A DNA stretch of 62,326 bases, filler included, from 9 parts of 9 records of this genome joined end to end with filler, not necessarily neighbours in it, one strand, 5' to 3'. Positions 34,678-46,890 are shown, numbered from the whole stretch's first letter. Notes: generated by a model from the letters alone, not told the origin. Numbers and translations: made by a program.

Positions 34678-36757
34678 ATGAAGGCCTTAGTGTGTGGCCT
34701 TTGCGGCTCCTAGGCTGCGGTTGGGGCAGCGGCTGGGGGCAGGGCTGGCCCAGGCCGAGCAGCGCCAGGCAGCCAGGGCCGCGCTCGCCTAGGCCAGCAC
34801 CGTGGGCCGGTCGGCGGGGAGCACGGGCAGCCTCCTCCCGGGAAGCTCATCCGGATGCAGGCCATGCGTAAAGAGGATTTAGGAGCTGAAATCGAGGCCA
34901 AGAACAGGGAGCTGTCGGCGCTGGCCCAGCAGCTGATGCTAGAGGAGTCGCCGGGCCGGCGCCAGGCGATCGAAGCGCAGGTGGCGGCGCTCGATGCGAC
35001 CATCGGCCAGCTGCAGCAGCTGTACCGGCGCAAGGCCAAGGCCACTCCTGAGTCCCTCCAGGCCGACATCGAGGCCAAGAACAAGCAGTTGTCGACGCTG
35101 GCCCAGCAGATGATGCGGGAGGAGTCGCCGGGCCGCTGGCGGGCGATGCAGCAGACCGCGGCCGAGCTGGATGAGGAAATCGCCGGGCTGCAGCAGCTGT
35201 ACCGCAAGGCGGCCGCGGACCAGCCGGCGGATGGGCCCAAGGCGGAGCTGGAGCGAGAGAACCGGGAGCTTCGGGCGCAGCTGCAGGAGGCGCAGGCTCG
35301 GATCCGCGCGTGGCAGAAGTGTTTTGAGGAGCGCGAGTTGGGGATGGAGCAGCGCGGCCGGGCCGAGGCAGCCAGGGCCGAGAGGGAGGCCGAGCTCGAG
35401 CAGCTGGCCAGTCTGAAAACCAGGCAGGCCGAGCAGCAAGCTGAGCGCGCCGAGGCCGCGACCAGCCGGGCGGCCGAGCTGGACGCGCGGATAGAGACGA
35501 TGGGTGCTCGCCAGCAGGCGCTGGAGCAGAAGCTGGCGCTGGCGGAGGGGCGGGAAGCCGATGCGGCCCGCAGGCTGAGCCAGGCGACCATCGAGCGACC
35601 TGTGGAGCGACCACCTGTGCCTGACCCGAATCAGATGCAGCTGCTGGCAGCCGAGCTGAGTGTTGTGCGGCAGATGAAGCGGCAGTTGGAGGACAAGGCG
35701 CGAGCCGGGCGGGCGCCTGCTGACCGGGCGGCAGGTGGCGACGCTCACCGCGGAGCAGCACAGGAGGGGCGCGGACCCGGGGGTCGCGCTGGCCGAAGCG
35801 GAGGCCAGGCTAGAGGCGGAGCGAGCTGCCAGAGCCAGTGCAGACCGCAGGCTGGCCGAGTGCCAGGGCCAGCTAGAGGCGGCTCGGGCCAAGCTGCGGG
35901 AGGCAGCGCTGGAGGCCGAAGGGTACGGGAACCAGGCGGACACGAGCGAGGAGCAGGCGCTGCTAGCCCCTCAGCTGCAACAGGCGTTTGCTGCTAGGAT
36001 CCAGGCGCTGCAGGCAGAGCTAGCCGAGGAGCGCAGGGCCAGGGCGGAGGCGGTGGCGGCCAACCGAGCGCTGGAGCAGCTGATGGATCCGCTCAAGCTA
36101 GAGCTGGCAGGGTCGGCCCAGGACAAGGCGCTGCTTGCCAATGAGCTGCGGATGACGCGCGGTGCGGCCCAAGTTGGCCGAGCGGCCGAGCTCTGGGGGG
36201 CAGAGGAGCAGGGCGCGCTCAGGGGGCGGGCAGTCGGGTCAGAGCAGCAGCTGGCTGAGCTCGGGAGCGAGAATGGCGAGCTGCGCAAATCGGTCTCGGA
36301 GGCGGCCGAGGTGTTTGGGGCCACAAACAAGGCGCACAGGCTGCAGTTGGTGCACCTGGAGGAGCAAGTGCAGGCGCAGCGGGCCGAGCTGGCGTTGGTC
36401 CGGGGGCAGTTGGAGCAGGCTCGGGCCGAGTACGACAGCAGGAGCAAACTGTGCGGCTTGATGTCGGACTCACTCGAGCAAGCCGAGGTGTCAGCCGGGC
36501 TGGGCTGAGCAGAGCGGGCGGGCCAGGCGCTGATTGAGGCCGAACGGAGCACCAACGAGGATCTCCGGCGGCAGATGCTGCTGCACCGGGCTCAGTTGCA
36601 ATCAGCTGAGCAGGCAGCGGCCACTGAGCAGCTCCGGCAGCTGCTTGTGATGGCCAACTCTAATGAGAGATCGAAGGCCAGCCCGTCCGTGAGGCCCGTG
36701 ATTGAGCAGATATTCGACCGCACTGACAATCGTACGAACTCACGAGTGAAGAATTAA
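34678..36757 (+). CDS. Coiled-coil protein with internal 59-aa duplication
   Basis: IEAKN..LAQQ..EESPGR..QQLYR occurs twice, 177 bp apart (34891, 35068); GC-AG intron 35698-35734; 5' exons tentative. Confidence 0.65.
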
Positions 36758-36949
36758 TATGCGCCTTGAACTCCAGTAGTTAGCTCTAACATTAGCTCTG
36801 CCGCTCTGCGCCGCTAGTGCTGATTTAATTGTAATGCTTGATGCATACAATCATGTACATGATTGATCATGATGCGCACTTGTATATGTACTGTACAATC
36901 AAATGCATTGTCTAGAGTGCCCGTCATGGCATTGTCATCGTCAATAGAG

Positions 36950-37087
36950 GGTTCCGCTACTTGCCCCAGGTAGGAATCTAGGGAACTCACCCCAGAAAAT
37001 CTAAGGAACAAGATTTTGGTTCCGCTACTTGCCCCAGGTAGCTACCTAAGGAACTCACCCCAGAAATTCGAATTTTTCAAATTTGAA
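36950..37087. repeat. 68-bp-period direct repeat followed by AT-rich palindromes at contig end
   Basis: ggttccgctacttgccccaggtag at 36950 and 37018; ggaactcaccccagaaa at 36982 and 37050; aaattcgaattt and ttcaaatttgaa follow. Confidence 0.8.
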
Positions 37088-37216
37088 TTTAAACTATCAT
37101 ATGANNNNNNNNNNNNNNNNNNNNNNNNNNNNNNNNNNNNNNNNNNNNTTAATTAATTAANNNNNNNNNNNNNNNNNNNNNNNNNNNNNNNNNNNNNNNN
37201 NNNNTGGTGAACGCTC

Positions 37217-38443
37217 ATGACTGACGGCCAGGCACCAGGCATGCAGGACCTCGGCCACGTGCAGCTGGCCGGGGACAGCAGCCGAGGGTCATCCGAGCTA
37301 CGAATCTTGCAGTTCACCGACGCACACATGTTCCCTGCCGGGCTGCAACGGTGGGAGGTGCCGGGCCGATCCGTTGACCTCGCCGCGGAGGGCTACGAGG
37401 CCCACGGGCCCGTCCAGCTGCTCCGCAAACTGGTGCGCGACACTGAGCCGGACCTCGTGCTGTTCACCGGGGACATTGTGGACGGACGGCCTTTCGGCCA
37501 GCTCAAGCTCGTCGGCGGCTGGCGGGATTGCTTCATGCAGCTCCTGAAACCGCTCGGACATGGCGGGGCCGGCGGCCGGGCCATCCCGTGGGGGTTCTGC
37601 CCCGGCAACCACGACGACGACCAGTCGCCCTGGGAGCGGGCCGAGCTGATCGAGCTGTTCAGGCTCCCGGGCTGCCTCACACCGGGCGCTGTCCAATACG
37701 ATTTCACGGTGTCCGTCGGGTTCGGGACGGCCCAGGACAGCGGCGCGCTCCGGCTGTGGCTGTTCGACTCGGGCGGAAACCACCCGGTCACCCGGTTTGG
37801 GACGGTGCGTCCGGATTCGGTGGCTGCGTATCGCCAGATGAGCGCCGCGCTGCCCCGGTGTGGAGCCCAGCTTGTCTGGCTGCACATCCCGCTGCCGGAG
37901 TACAAGGGTCTCGACTACATCGCCGGCCGGAACCAACTGTACGCCGCACTGGAGACCAGCGGGGGCTTGCCCCGGCCCTGGCGCTGGGTGCCTTGGCTGC
38001 CTCGGCTGCTCGGGAAGCATAAGGTTGTCGGGTGCTCGACTGTCAACGTAGGCATGTTCGACGCAGTAGCGGCCGAGCCGGCGGCCAACGCAGTTTTGTG
38101 TGGGCATGACCACTACTGCGACTTCGTTGCCCTGCGACGGGGAGTTTACCTGTGTTATGGGCGGGTATCTTCGACCACCCCGCCGCGCGACTGGGAGGGT
38201 AAAGGCGGCCCGCTGCCGTTTAAGGAGGGCGCTCGGGTGGTCGGCTGGGCGGGCGGGCGGCTGAGCACCTGGCTGGTGACCGAGGATGGCCAGGAGCCGG
38301 ACTCGATGGTGCAGCTGGACGGATCGCACCCGGATAACGAGCGCGCCGGGCCGGATGGGTGGGGTTTATCCTTTGACTTAGTTGTGGTGCTCGGGATAGT
38401 TTTGCCGGGGCTGGTGTGGCTCGGAGGCACGTACTTATTATGA
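37217..38443 (+). CDS. Calcineurin-like metallophosphoesterase (Dcr2/PAP14-like) with C-terminal TM
   Basis: QFTDAH, FTGDIVDG, PGNHDD, WLHIPLPEY, CGHDH. Confidence 0.88.
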   Translation: MTDGQAPGMQDLGHVQLAGDSSRGSSELRILQFTDAHMFPAGLQRWEVPGRSVDLAAEGYEAHGPVQLLRKLVRDTEPDLVLFTGDIVDGRPFGQLKLVGGWRDCFMQLLKPLGHGGAGGRAIPWGFCPGNHDDDQSPWERAELIELFRLPGCLTPGAVQYDFTVSVGFGTAQDSGALRLWLFDSGGNHPVTRFGTVRPDSVAAYRQMSAALPRCGAQLVWLHIPLPEYKGLDYIAGRNQLYAALETSGGLPRPWRWVPWLPRLLGKHKVVGCSTVNVGMFDAVAAEPAANAVLCGHDHYCDFVALRRGVYLCYGRVSSTTPPRDWEGKGGPLPFKEGARVVGWAGGRLSTWLVTEDGQEPDSMVQLDGSHPDNERAGPDGWGLSFDLVVVLGIVLPGLVWLGGTYLL

Positions 38444-38730
38444 AAGCCTTATGAGTCAGGTAGAAGCCATTCTAAATGAGGAATGAACTGCCGCAACCAT
38501 TCTAACCTTAGGCGTCCTACGGTCCTAGGCGTCCGCTCAAGCGCTCACGGTTCGGTCTATTTTTGTGGCCATCGCTAATCGTTCCTGTCATATTGCGAAC
38601 GTAAGGCATACGCGGGGCCTCTAGACAGTGGCTTCTATAGATCTGTAGACGGGTACTGCCGTGTGCAGGTTGCCGTTACCTTGAAAATGTTCAATTCGAG
38701 CAAATTTCCTGTCGACGCCCCTTCTCCTCC

Positions 38731-38960
38731 ATGCAGTCATCGCTCATGGTCCGTCCGGGCGCGCTGCGGCTGGGCTGACAATCCAGGCGCAGTCTATAGG
38801 CCTGATCGCGCTGTGCTGCGCGTTGGCCTTCGCGTAAGTGACTACTGCAAGCTCAGGAGGTACAGCGGCTTCTGCAAGCTCAGGAGCAGCGGCTCAGCCA
38901 TCTTCAATCCAAGCCACTCTGGCTTTGACCACAATTTTGATTGCATCAATGCTCTTCTAA
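38731..38960 (+). CDS. Putative very small GPI-anchored peptide (signal peptide, short S/G/A core, hydrophobic tail)
   Basis: MQSSLM|AQSIGLIALCCALAFA via intron 38749-38786; second GTAAG donor at 38834; tail ..QPSSIQATLALTTILIASMLF*. Confidence 0.5.
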
Positions 38961-39315
38961 CCAACTGAAGGTGCACTAACCTACACAATTTGAACTTGCA
39001 CACCCATTCACCCATTGACGGCCAATATCTTTGAGTACCCATTGCGAACCATACCGTGTACTTAATTAGTCTCTATATAGAGGTGTAGCCCGATGACTCA
39101 GCCGACTCAATCAACCCGGCCGTGTTACGTGCAAGTCACGTGTCGATCATGATTAGATCATGATCGAAGCATTCGAACGCTTGAGACGAATAATATAAAC
39201 TGCTAACTGTTTAATTAATTTTAAGGCGAATGCAAGGATTGTACAAGATTTTAATCATTATTAGTTAAGCATGATAAAGCAGCAGCTCATACAAACGTCA
39301 TTTTTAGCATGGTAA

Positions 39316-40536
39316 TTATGGTCCCGCCGACTCGGCGTAGCTAGGCTGCTGTACAAACGCGTGCGCGTAGGTATGCGTAGTCATGTTTTCGTCCGGGTTG
39401 TTGCCATCAAACGAACCGCTGGTAAAGAGATAGAGCGGGATGCTGCTGTTGGGAGCAAATACAAGCTGAGGCCGCTGTCGTGTCTGGAAGCGAGCGCGTG
39501 AGCCGTTGGTCAGGGTAACGTTCTCGGTGTAGGCAGGATGCGATGACAGGTGCCAAGGGCCATGCGGACTGTGGGCATACCAATGCGCGCCGCAGCTGTG
39601 CCCTGCATCTGGGCCGCCACACACGTTGCCCGTGCTCTGCTGGTGGTTGATTATATGCCACGATCCTTCCTTTCTACCGGCGTGGGGCCCGTTGTCACTA
39701 CTCTCCGCTCCCGTTTGGAACCAAAGAAACGGGTCCTCGTTGTTGGCCTCGCCCTCGAAGCGGATGATGGGCTCCGGGTCGCGCACAAATTGCTCAGACC
39801 AGTGCGGCGCCACAGCCAGCCCGAGCTGCTCGCCGCCGCCTTTGGTGCGGCAGGCATTGGCTCGGAATACCAGCACGACCGTGCCGTTGGGCATGATCTC
39901 CGCAGCCGGGTTGTTTTCTATGCAGTGCCAGCCGGCCCGGTCGCGGAGCACCACGCGCTGCCGCCACGAGCTGGCCAGGGCAGGCGTCTTGGTCCAGGCC
40001 ATGCTGATATATCCGTTACTCAACGGGTCCGGATGGAGCGGCACATCCGGGATCGCGCTCCTGCAGTCGAGCGCCCCTGTCCGGTTGTCGGCTCCGATGA
40101 AGAACAGCAAGTAGTAACCGTCCGGCGTCGGGCCGGCGATGGTGGGATTGTGGTGGAATGGGGGCAGCACCACCTCCGCCTTGCGGTAGGGCCCGCCGGG
40201 TTTGGTCGCCACGGCCCGGATCACCTGTGAATTGTATTCGAACAAGATCAGCGGGCAACGGTTGGCGATCTCCGTTGCAAACAGCTGCCACCGGCCGGTA
40301 GAAGGGTCCAGGACCGGCCGGCCGCCCCACGACGACTCGGTCTGGTTGTGGTAGCCCAGAGCCAAGTCCAGAGGCCCCAAATGAGCCTGGCTGCAGCCTG
40401 GACCGCCCCAGCCTGGGTGGCAGATGCAGCGGGCTCGGACGCAGGCGCCGAGCAGGGAGCAGTCTTCGGGGGTGGTGCAGCCTCCGGCGTGGGGGCAGCA
40501 GCACGCTAGAGCGGCGAGGAGACTCGCGAGCCGCTG
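39316..40536 (-). CDS. EGF-like plus five-bladed beta-propeller glycoside hydrolase (GH43 clan-like), 5'-truncated
   Basis: CSLLGAC..CICHPGWGGPGC; SSWGG, HNPTI, ENNPA, EDPFLW, RQRPQLVF. Confidence 0.75.
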   Translation of the reverse strand, partial: QRLASLLAALACCCPHAGGCTTPEDCSLLGACVRARCICHPGWGGPGCSQAHLGPLDLALGYHNQTESSWGGRPVLDPSTGRWQLFATEIANRCPLILFEYNSQVIRAVATKPGGPYRKAEVVLPPFHHNPTIAGPTPDGYYLLFFIGADNRTGALDCRSAIPDVPLHPDPLSNGYISMAWTKTPALASSWRQRVVLRDRAGWHCIENNPAAEIMPNGTVVLVFRANACRTKGGGEQLGLAVAPHWSEQFVRDPEPIIRFEGEANNEDPFLWFQTGAESSDNGPHAGRKEGSWHIINHQQSTGNVCGGPDAGHSCGAHWYAHSPHGPWHLSSHPAYTENVTLTNGSRARFQTRQRPQLVFAPNSSIPLYLFTSGSFDGNNPDENMTTHTYAHAFVQQPSYAESAGP

Positions 40537-40636
40537 NNNNNNNNNNNNNNNNNNNNNNNNNNNNNNNNNNNNNNNNNNNNTTAATTAATTAANNNNNNNN
40601 NNNNNNNNNNNNNNNNNNNNNNNNNNNNNNNNNNNN

Positions 40637-43400
40637 GCAGCTGCTTGTCATGCGAGAACGCTTTCATTGTTGTTATGATGCTATGGCATGGCAGTTCCCA
40701 CATGGCAGTGTCTCCTTGTTGCGATGACACAGCAGCACAGAGGACATTGCACAGTGCTGTGATCACCAGCGCAGACTTTGAATTTGCAATGATCGCTGAG
40801 ATTCGATGCAGTTCTTGTTCAATCTGGGCTGAGGCCTCAATTGATCCGAGGCATAGGTGATACAATGCTTGCGATCCTGGGACTAGAACCTCAGGAGTAG
40901 ACTCGTACGTTCGTATCAATTGTAGAAACGACGCCACACCGCCTTGCAGCCGTACCAGATTCTGACAATGTGAAGAATCACGAAGCAAGATTGCGCTCAG
41001 CCGGCAAAGAGCAGCGATCGTGACGTTGGAAGAATGCTGATGAAGCACCTCCACAGCGAGCTGAAGTACAAGCTCTCGGCGCGGCATTTTGCAAGACGAG
41101 TGATAACTAAGCACTGTCTGGATTGCCGAAGCCGTGTCTGCTAGTACATTTGGGAGTATGGTCACGTCAAGGAAAAGCACACATAGCTGACCTATCACAA
41201 GATCGCAGTCTTCGTCCGCTAAGACATTTCGCGGCATCAATGCTGTTAGTGCAGAGAGCACTGAGACTTTAAACACTGGTGTTGATTCAGGCTCCAGTGG
41301 CAACGCCCCAAGCAAAGCGGTTGCTATTCTTTGCAGGGCAGGCACATCCGCTGGATCAGATCCGGCGAGAAGCAGGCTTTCAGTAGCTCTGCATGCTTGT
41401 ATGACTAATGAAGGTGTCGAGGGACGGGCCTGCAGGCAACGGTCCAGCAACTTGAGTGCGGCCTCACGGGTCGATGCCAACTGCCCATCGACCTTCAGAA
41501 TATTACTTAACAGTGTGGCAGTGTGCTGCAGGACAGGAGGAGACTCATCTTCCTGCTCAACCACAGCCATAGCCCGCTCAACGAGTTTGATGCGTATCAT
41601 TGCGATACAAACCTTCTCGTTGCCTTCAACCATGTTGCTCAAGAATGCAAGCGCGCGCGCAACAGTGTTTGGCTTCGTAGAATGACGGGCAAGCAGCTCG
41701 ATAGACTTCACCAGCGCCCCCTGTTGGAGAAGAACCATCTGGTTCTCTACGTTACAATTGCACACAAGGTTTGCAAGGGCCCAAAACGCCATGCCTAGAA
41801 GAAGCGGGCTGTTGGGGAAATCGTCAAGGATTCGAAGCAGGGCCCGTATTCCGCCCATTCGCGTTACGTTATGTTGCACTGCCTTTGAGTGCGTCAAAAG
41901 GTTGATCAGCAGGCCGATAACATCGTGCAGTAGGTCCTTGTGTGAAGGATGTTGCACCATCAGTGCCAGAGCCAGTTCAATCCCGCCATTATCCACCAAG
42001 CTTTGCTTTCCAGCTGGCCAGTTTGCAAAGCGAGACAACATGACACACCCACTGGCGGCCACGTCAGGAGCAGTTGCGTGTCGCTTGATTGTATCAAGCA
42101 CGCTCAGCATGTGAGGCTGAAAGTCTGCTGCAATCGTGCCCGAGTCCGTTGCCACGAGCAAGTTGCAGATTGTCCTGAGAATGTGCTTATGGAGCTCGTG
42201 TGAATCTGGATGGCGGTCGAGCAACTGCAACAGCACGGGTATTGGCTGCATGGATATGAGCTGGGTGGCAGTGTCAGGGTCTCCACTGAGTACCCACAGG
42301 ACCTTGGAGCCAGCACAAGGCACCGCGTCCTGAGACCAATCCAGTGCGAGGCTCTGAACCACTAAGTGGTTGATTGCTGCCGCCGCAGGATGGTGCGCCA
42401 AAGCAGGGAGCTGAAGCATTTCAGTCAACAGTCCAAGCGCTGATTCGGTCCGAGTCGGCTCCCCTTCGGCAAAGTCAGCGGGGGAAAGCTCAAGTGCCGC
42501 AGTGGCCACGTCGAGTCCGCCCATTGCGAACAGCTTTGTGGCTGCAGCTTCGCTCAGCCGCATAGCTGCTGCCAGGTACTGGCAGACATGCCGCAGCACA
42601 ATCGACTCCTCGCGCTTTAGCGCCCCCGTTCGCTGGCTCCCTGAGGCCTGCGCAGCCGGCGCTGCACCGTCGCTTGGCACCGGCTCGGCCGCTCTGAAGT
42701 ACTTGACCGCCGTCCTAAACAACGTCGGGAGCAGCGTGCCATCGTGGGCACTGATGTACGCGGCGGTCGACCGCCTGTCAGTGAGCGCGAGGCCCGTGGC
42801 CGCCACTGCGATCAGCGCCTGGGGCAGCCCGCTCGACTGCTCCAGCACCTGCTCCAGCAGCGCCACCGTCTGGCCGGCCACTGCCTCGGCCGGTTCGCCC
42901 AGCGACAGGCTGGAGGAAAGCAACCCCTGCAGCAGGAACAGCCCCCCCAGCTGCACCGCGGCCGACTCGGCAAACGCGGCCATCCAGCCAAACACCAGCC
43001 GCAGCCCACCCGCCGACACCAAGGCCGCGTGCCCCACCGGATCGTCCTTCACGTGCCGGAGCACCGTGAGAGCGGCGGCCACCAGCCCTGCGCCCCCCGG
43101 GGCAGCCAGGTGCCCCTCCACCAGCCCGAGCACCGCCTCGGTGCCGTTGGCCCGGAAGAAGTTGCTCCGGAACTGCGGGCTCTTCAGGCTCAGCTGGTCG
43201 GCCTGCTGCAGCGCCCGGAGCGCTAGCTCGGGGCCCCGGCTGTTCCGGAGGGTGCTCAGGATCCCAATCAGCCGTCCGTCCGCACCCCTCTGCCGCGGGG
43301 TCTGCCCCCGCCGTGCGCGGCCGGCCGCGTTTGGGCCGGTCGGCGGGGTGGCCGTCCGCGGACTGATCGCCGGGAGGAACCCCGAGCCGGCCCGGCCCAT
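40637..43400 (-). CDS. Armadillo-repeat protein, 3'-truncated
   Basis: Long ORF with repeated ARM-like units (LVDNGGIELALALM, MGGIRALL..AFWALANL). Confidence 0.8.
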
Positions 43401-43509
43401 CCCGAGCCAGCCCCTCGAGCCCACGAGCTCCGGCTGTCAGCTGGCTGTATTTTTGGAGTTGAATCATTCAGGCCGCCGGGGAGCCCGAGAGTTGAAGCGG
43501 AGCTCGGCG

Positions 43510-43701
43510 ATGGGCGCGTCCAAAACCAAGTGCAAGGTGGTGGTGGTCGGGCTGGACAACGCAGGCAAGACATCGATCCTCCGGCAGCTCTCCGAGGAGC
43601 ACAAGGCGCCCCGGGCTCCGCCGGCCCGCCCAGCTGGGCCAGGGCAACATGAACGAGGTGACGCCGACAGTTGGGTTCAACACGGAGGAGTTCGAGCACG
43701 G
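43510..43701 (+). CDS. ARF/ARL small GTPase (ARL6-like), 3'-truncated
   Basis: VVVVGLDNAGKTSIL then, via GC-AG intron 43606-43642, TPTVGFNTEEF. Confidence 0.85.
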
Positions 43702-44008
43702 NNNNNNNNNNNNNNNNNNNNNNNNNNNNNNNNNNNNNNNNNNNNTTAATTAATTAANNNNNNNNNNNNNNNNNNNNNNNNNNNNNNNNNNNNNNNNNNN
43801 NGGCCGAATGAGTGCACTGAGTGTGGGTGTGAGTGGATTGATCATCAAAATGTAATGACCTTTGAATGCAACATTTAATCATTGAAAGTGCTCCAATCAT
43901 CGAATTAAACTGAGATAAACGTATTAAACGATGCATAAGTATATGCTCAAAATATTCGAAACCTCACGTAAGCGGTACTGAGCACTGCTGATGCGCGCCG
44001 GGATGTTT

Positions 44009-46786
44009 TCATAGGTATTTAAGTACCTGTACCTGTATTGTAGATTGCTTTGCCGTTAACTGCAAATGCTGTCGTGGCAGCGACTGAATCGGCACCAGCG
44101 ACTATGGGCGCTGTGCCATCCCAAGGCCATGGAATACCGAGACAGCAAGTGAACCTGCTCCCGAGCCGTCAATTGTGCACCGATTTATCTCTGGACCAAC
44201 TGAGTGCAGCCATTTGGCTCCATGTGGAATCTCGGCACAATGTGGCTGCGGAGTGTGTGCCGAGAGGGATTCTGTTGAGTCCGCTGGCGATTGTCCAGAA
44301 ATTACATCGTGGAAGTCTGCAGTAATAATGGGGGAAATCATCTTGTATGTATGCGCAACCGTGATGCTCTGGACTCTGACCTGCTGTCTGTGTGCCTCGT
44401 CAACCTCACAGCTGTCATTTCAAAATCTTGCATGGCATGAACCATCACACGGGCAACTTTGTTGACAAAGTACAGACAGGTAAGGTGGATATCTGCATGG
44501 ATGTGTAGCATACATTTCAGGTCCGGAGTTGGAATATTCTCGACATCGCATGCAAACACGTGGAGCTTAACTGCGGAGGCGCTATCAATTGAAAGCATCG
44601 ACTTACCCGACTGAGTGGCGAAGTGAGCAATGGCTAGAATTCTGGGTGGCATCTCAATTAGCTCATAGTGCATTACAAAACAGGGCTGGTCAAAGCGCAC
44701 GGTACTGTCCTGCCCAGTTGAGTTTCTTCTATTACTCCTGACAACTAAGCTGAGTCCATTGTACTCCCCCCTGATCGCACTGTGTGTTCGCTGATCAATC
44801 GGAATCTTGACTGAGAACTCGTCAGTTTTTGCAGGACAAGTTACCCTCACATGCCCCATGTCCAGAGTAAAGCCTTCGCCCATCGGATGCCCAAACTCGA
44901 CAACAGGGAGCTTTAGATCCAGAGAGAGCTGAATGCCGAGAGTCTGTTTCTCACTGGATACTGCGTTACCTTGTAGGCAGCCCTGGCCATGCAGCAGGCT
45001 TTGATAAACCTTAAAGCGGTCACACAGCTTTTCAATCGACCGTGCCACCTCTTCTCCTGGATTTGCTGATAAAGTGTCGTAGAACTCATCCTCTGCGAGT
45101 TCTAATTGGTGGTGCAGGCTGTCTATCACCGCTGTCTTTTGCTCAAGCTCCTCCCGTACCTCCCCTATTTCGTCCTTAAAGTCCTCCATCAGCTTGTTAA
45201 ACGTTAGTCCATCTCCACAGGATTCCTTGTTCGGACTGCTACTCCCAAGGCTTTCCCCTGAGCTCTCCCGCAGTTGGGCTAGCCGGACCACCAGCCGCTT
45301 GCTGTCAAGCTTGGCCCTTGTGAGTTGCTGGTCGAGCTGGGAGTGGAATTCCTGCATCTCACGCAGCCGAGTGGTGTCAGAGTTGTCAAGGCTGGTATCC
45401 ACCCATGGGCGGAGCGCCTCCACGTTTCCGGCGATTCTGTGCATCTGGTTGCACAGTCGGAACTGAAGCAACTTGATATTTGGGTTGTTATCACACACGG
45501 GAGGGTAAGCACAGTGAGATTTGGCCGTGGGCCGCCAAAGCAAGGGAATCCTGGATGGGCCCATAGTGACATGGGCTGACCAGACGTGCCCTTGGATATC
45601 GAAAAAGGTTGCCTCCTCGAGCCGAATGGAAAGATCCACATCATGTTCGTTGTCCTGCTCACCAAATCCGGGACTGTCAGTGTAGATCTCGAGGCACTGG
45701 TCGCCTAGTACCAGATGCACACGGTTGCAGACCATATTAAGCGGCATGTGTGAGAGGTGGTACTCCAGCGCATTCGCCATGCTTTGCTTCTCCAATTGTG
45801 CGTACCTTTCTCGTTCCATTCCAAAGAGCTGTGCGTGCTTTAACCTGAAGTCGTCCAGATCCAGCTTGATTTGGGCCTCAAAGCGCGAGTCGGGCCAATA
45901 GGCCCTGTGTGTATCCAACTTCACGATCATCTGGTCCATTTTAATTGAGAGCCCCATCAGCACCCAGTTGGATACCACGTCAGCCACTCGGTCTGTGGCC
46001 GCCCGCTGCAGGCAGGTGGGGCAAACCCGGCAGGTGCAGTTATGGCACCCGCCCGACTGGTTGCAGCTGGACGAAGAGGCGCGGCCCTGCCCCGACAGCC
46101 CACTGGTCGGGCTGAGCAGAGCGTCATACAGCGTGGGGCTCCGGCCTGCAGCGCACGTGCTGCTTGAGCATCTGCTGGCCACTGAAAGAGCCTCCACTCG
46201 CAGCACCAGCTCCATCAGGGATACGCGCACGCCTGGCGTCGTGATCCGTATCCGGCCGATCCGGCAAACCATCAGCTGCCCGTCCCAGCTCGATTCCTCG
46301 GCCTCCACCCGCTCCACCACCGACGGCACCTCGCCGATCAGATCACCCTGCCGCCGGGTGTGAGTGCACGCGGGGCCGCGCACCGTGAACATGGCCTGCA
46401 GGTCCACTTCGAGCTGCAGCTGACCAATCCGGGTGGCCTCCGAGTCCAGCACCAGCCCTGTAGCCTCGAGCACCAGCGCCGCCACCTCCGGCTTGAGCCT
46501 AACATCGCTGAAGCTGCCTTTAACTGCCCCCCTGGCTGGCCGGGCCGGCTGGCCGGGGCTCACTCGGGCCGGAGTTGCTCAGTTTGATCTCGACGTCCAG
46601 GAACCTCTCGAGCAGCCCGGTGACCACAGCCTCGAGCCGTTGGCCGGTGTACGACTCGTACGCTACCCGCGAGATGGAGGTGAGCGCGTTCAGAGTCATC
46701 CGGGTGGTCCGGCCGACCAGCGTCCGCACCCCAGCCCGGGTCCGGGAGGCCACCCACTGGGACCAGCCCATGGGGCCCGACGACAT
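44009..46786 (-). CDS. Large protein with Chorein-N/VPS13-like N-terminus; C-terminal segment possibly inverted (as written it stops at 44102)
   Basis: LEAVVTGLLERFL..FSDVRLKPE..IGQLQLEV pattern and beta-rich body; 3' end depends on the inversion model. Confidence 0.5.
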
Positions 46787-46890
46787 CCCGCCCTATCGCC
46801 CCGCCAACATGGCCCTGCCAGGGAACAAACGGAAGAGCCGGATCCGTTGGTTGGTCGAACACACCACCCTGCAGGCAGCTTGGGCAGGAC

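Noticed and set aside
36950-37066. CRISPR-like repeat
   Set aside because: Only two units with homologous 'spacers', in a eukaryotic context with no cas genes.
44381-44409. Frameshift in the VPS13-like gene as another scrambled junction
   Set aside because: It can be explained by a 29-nt or 62-nt GT-AG intron, and no partner segment was found.
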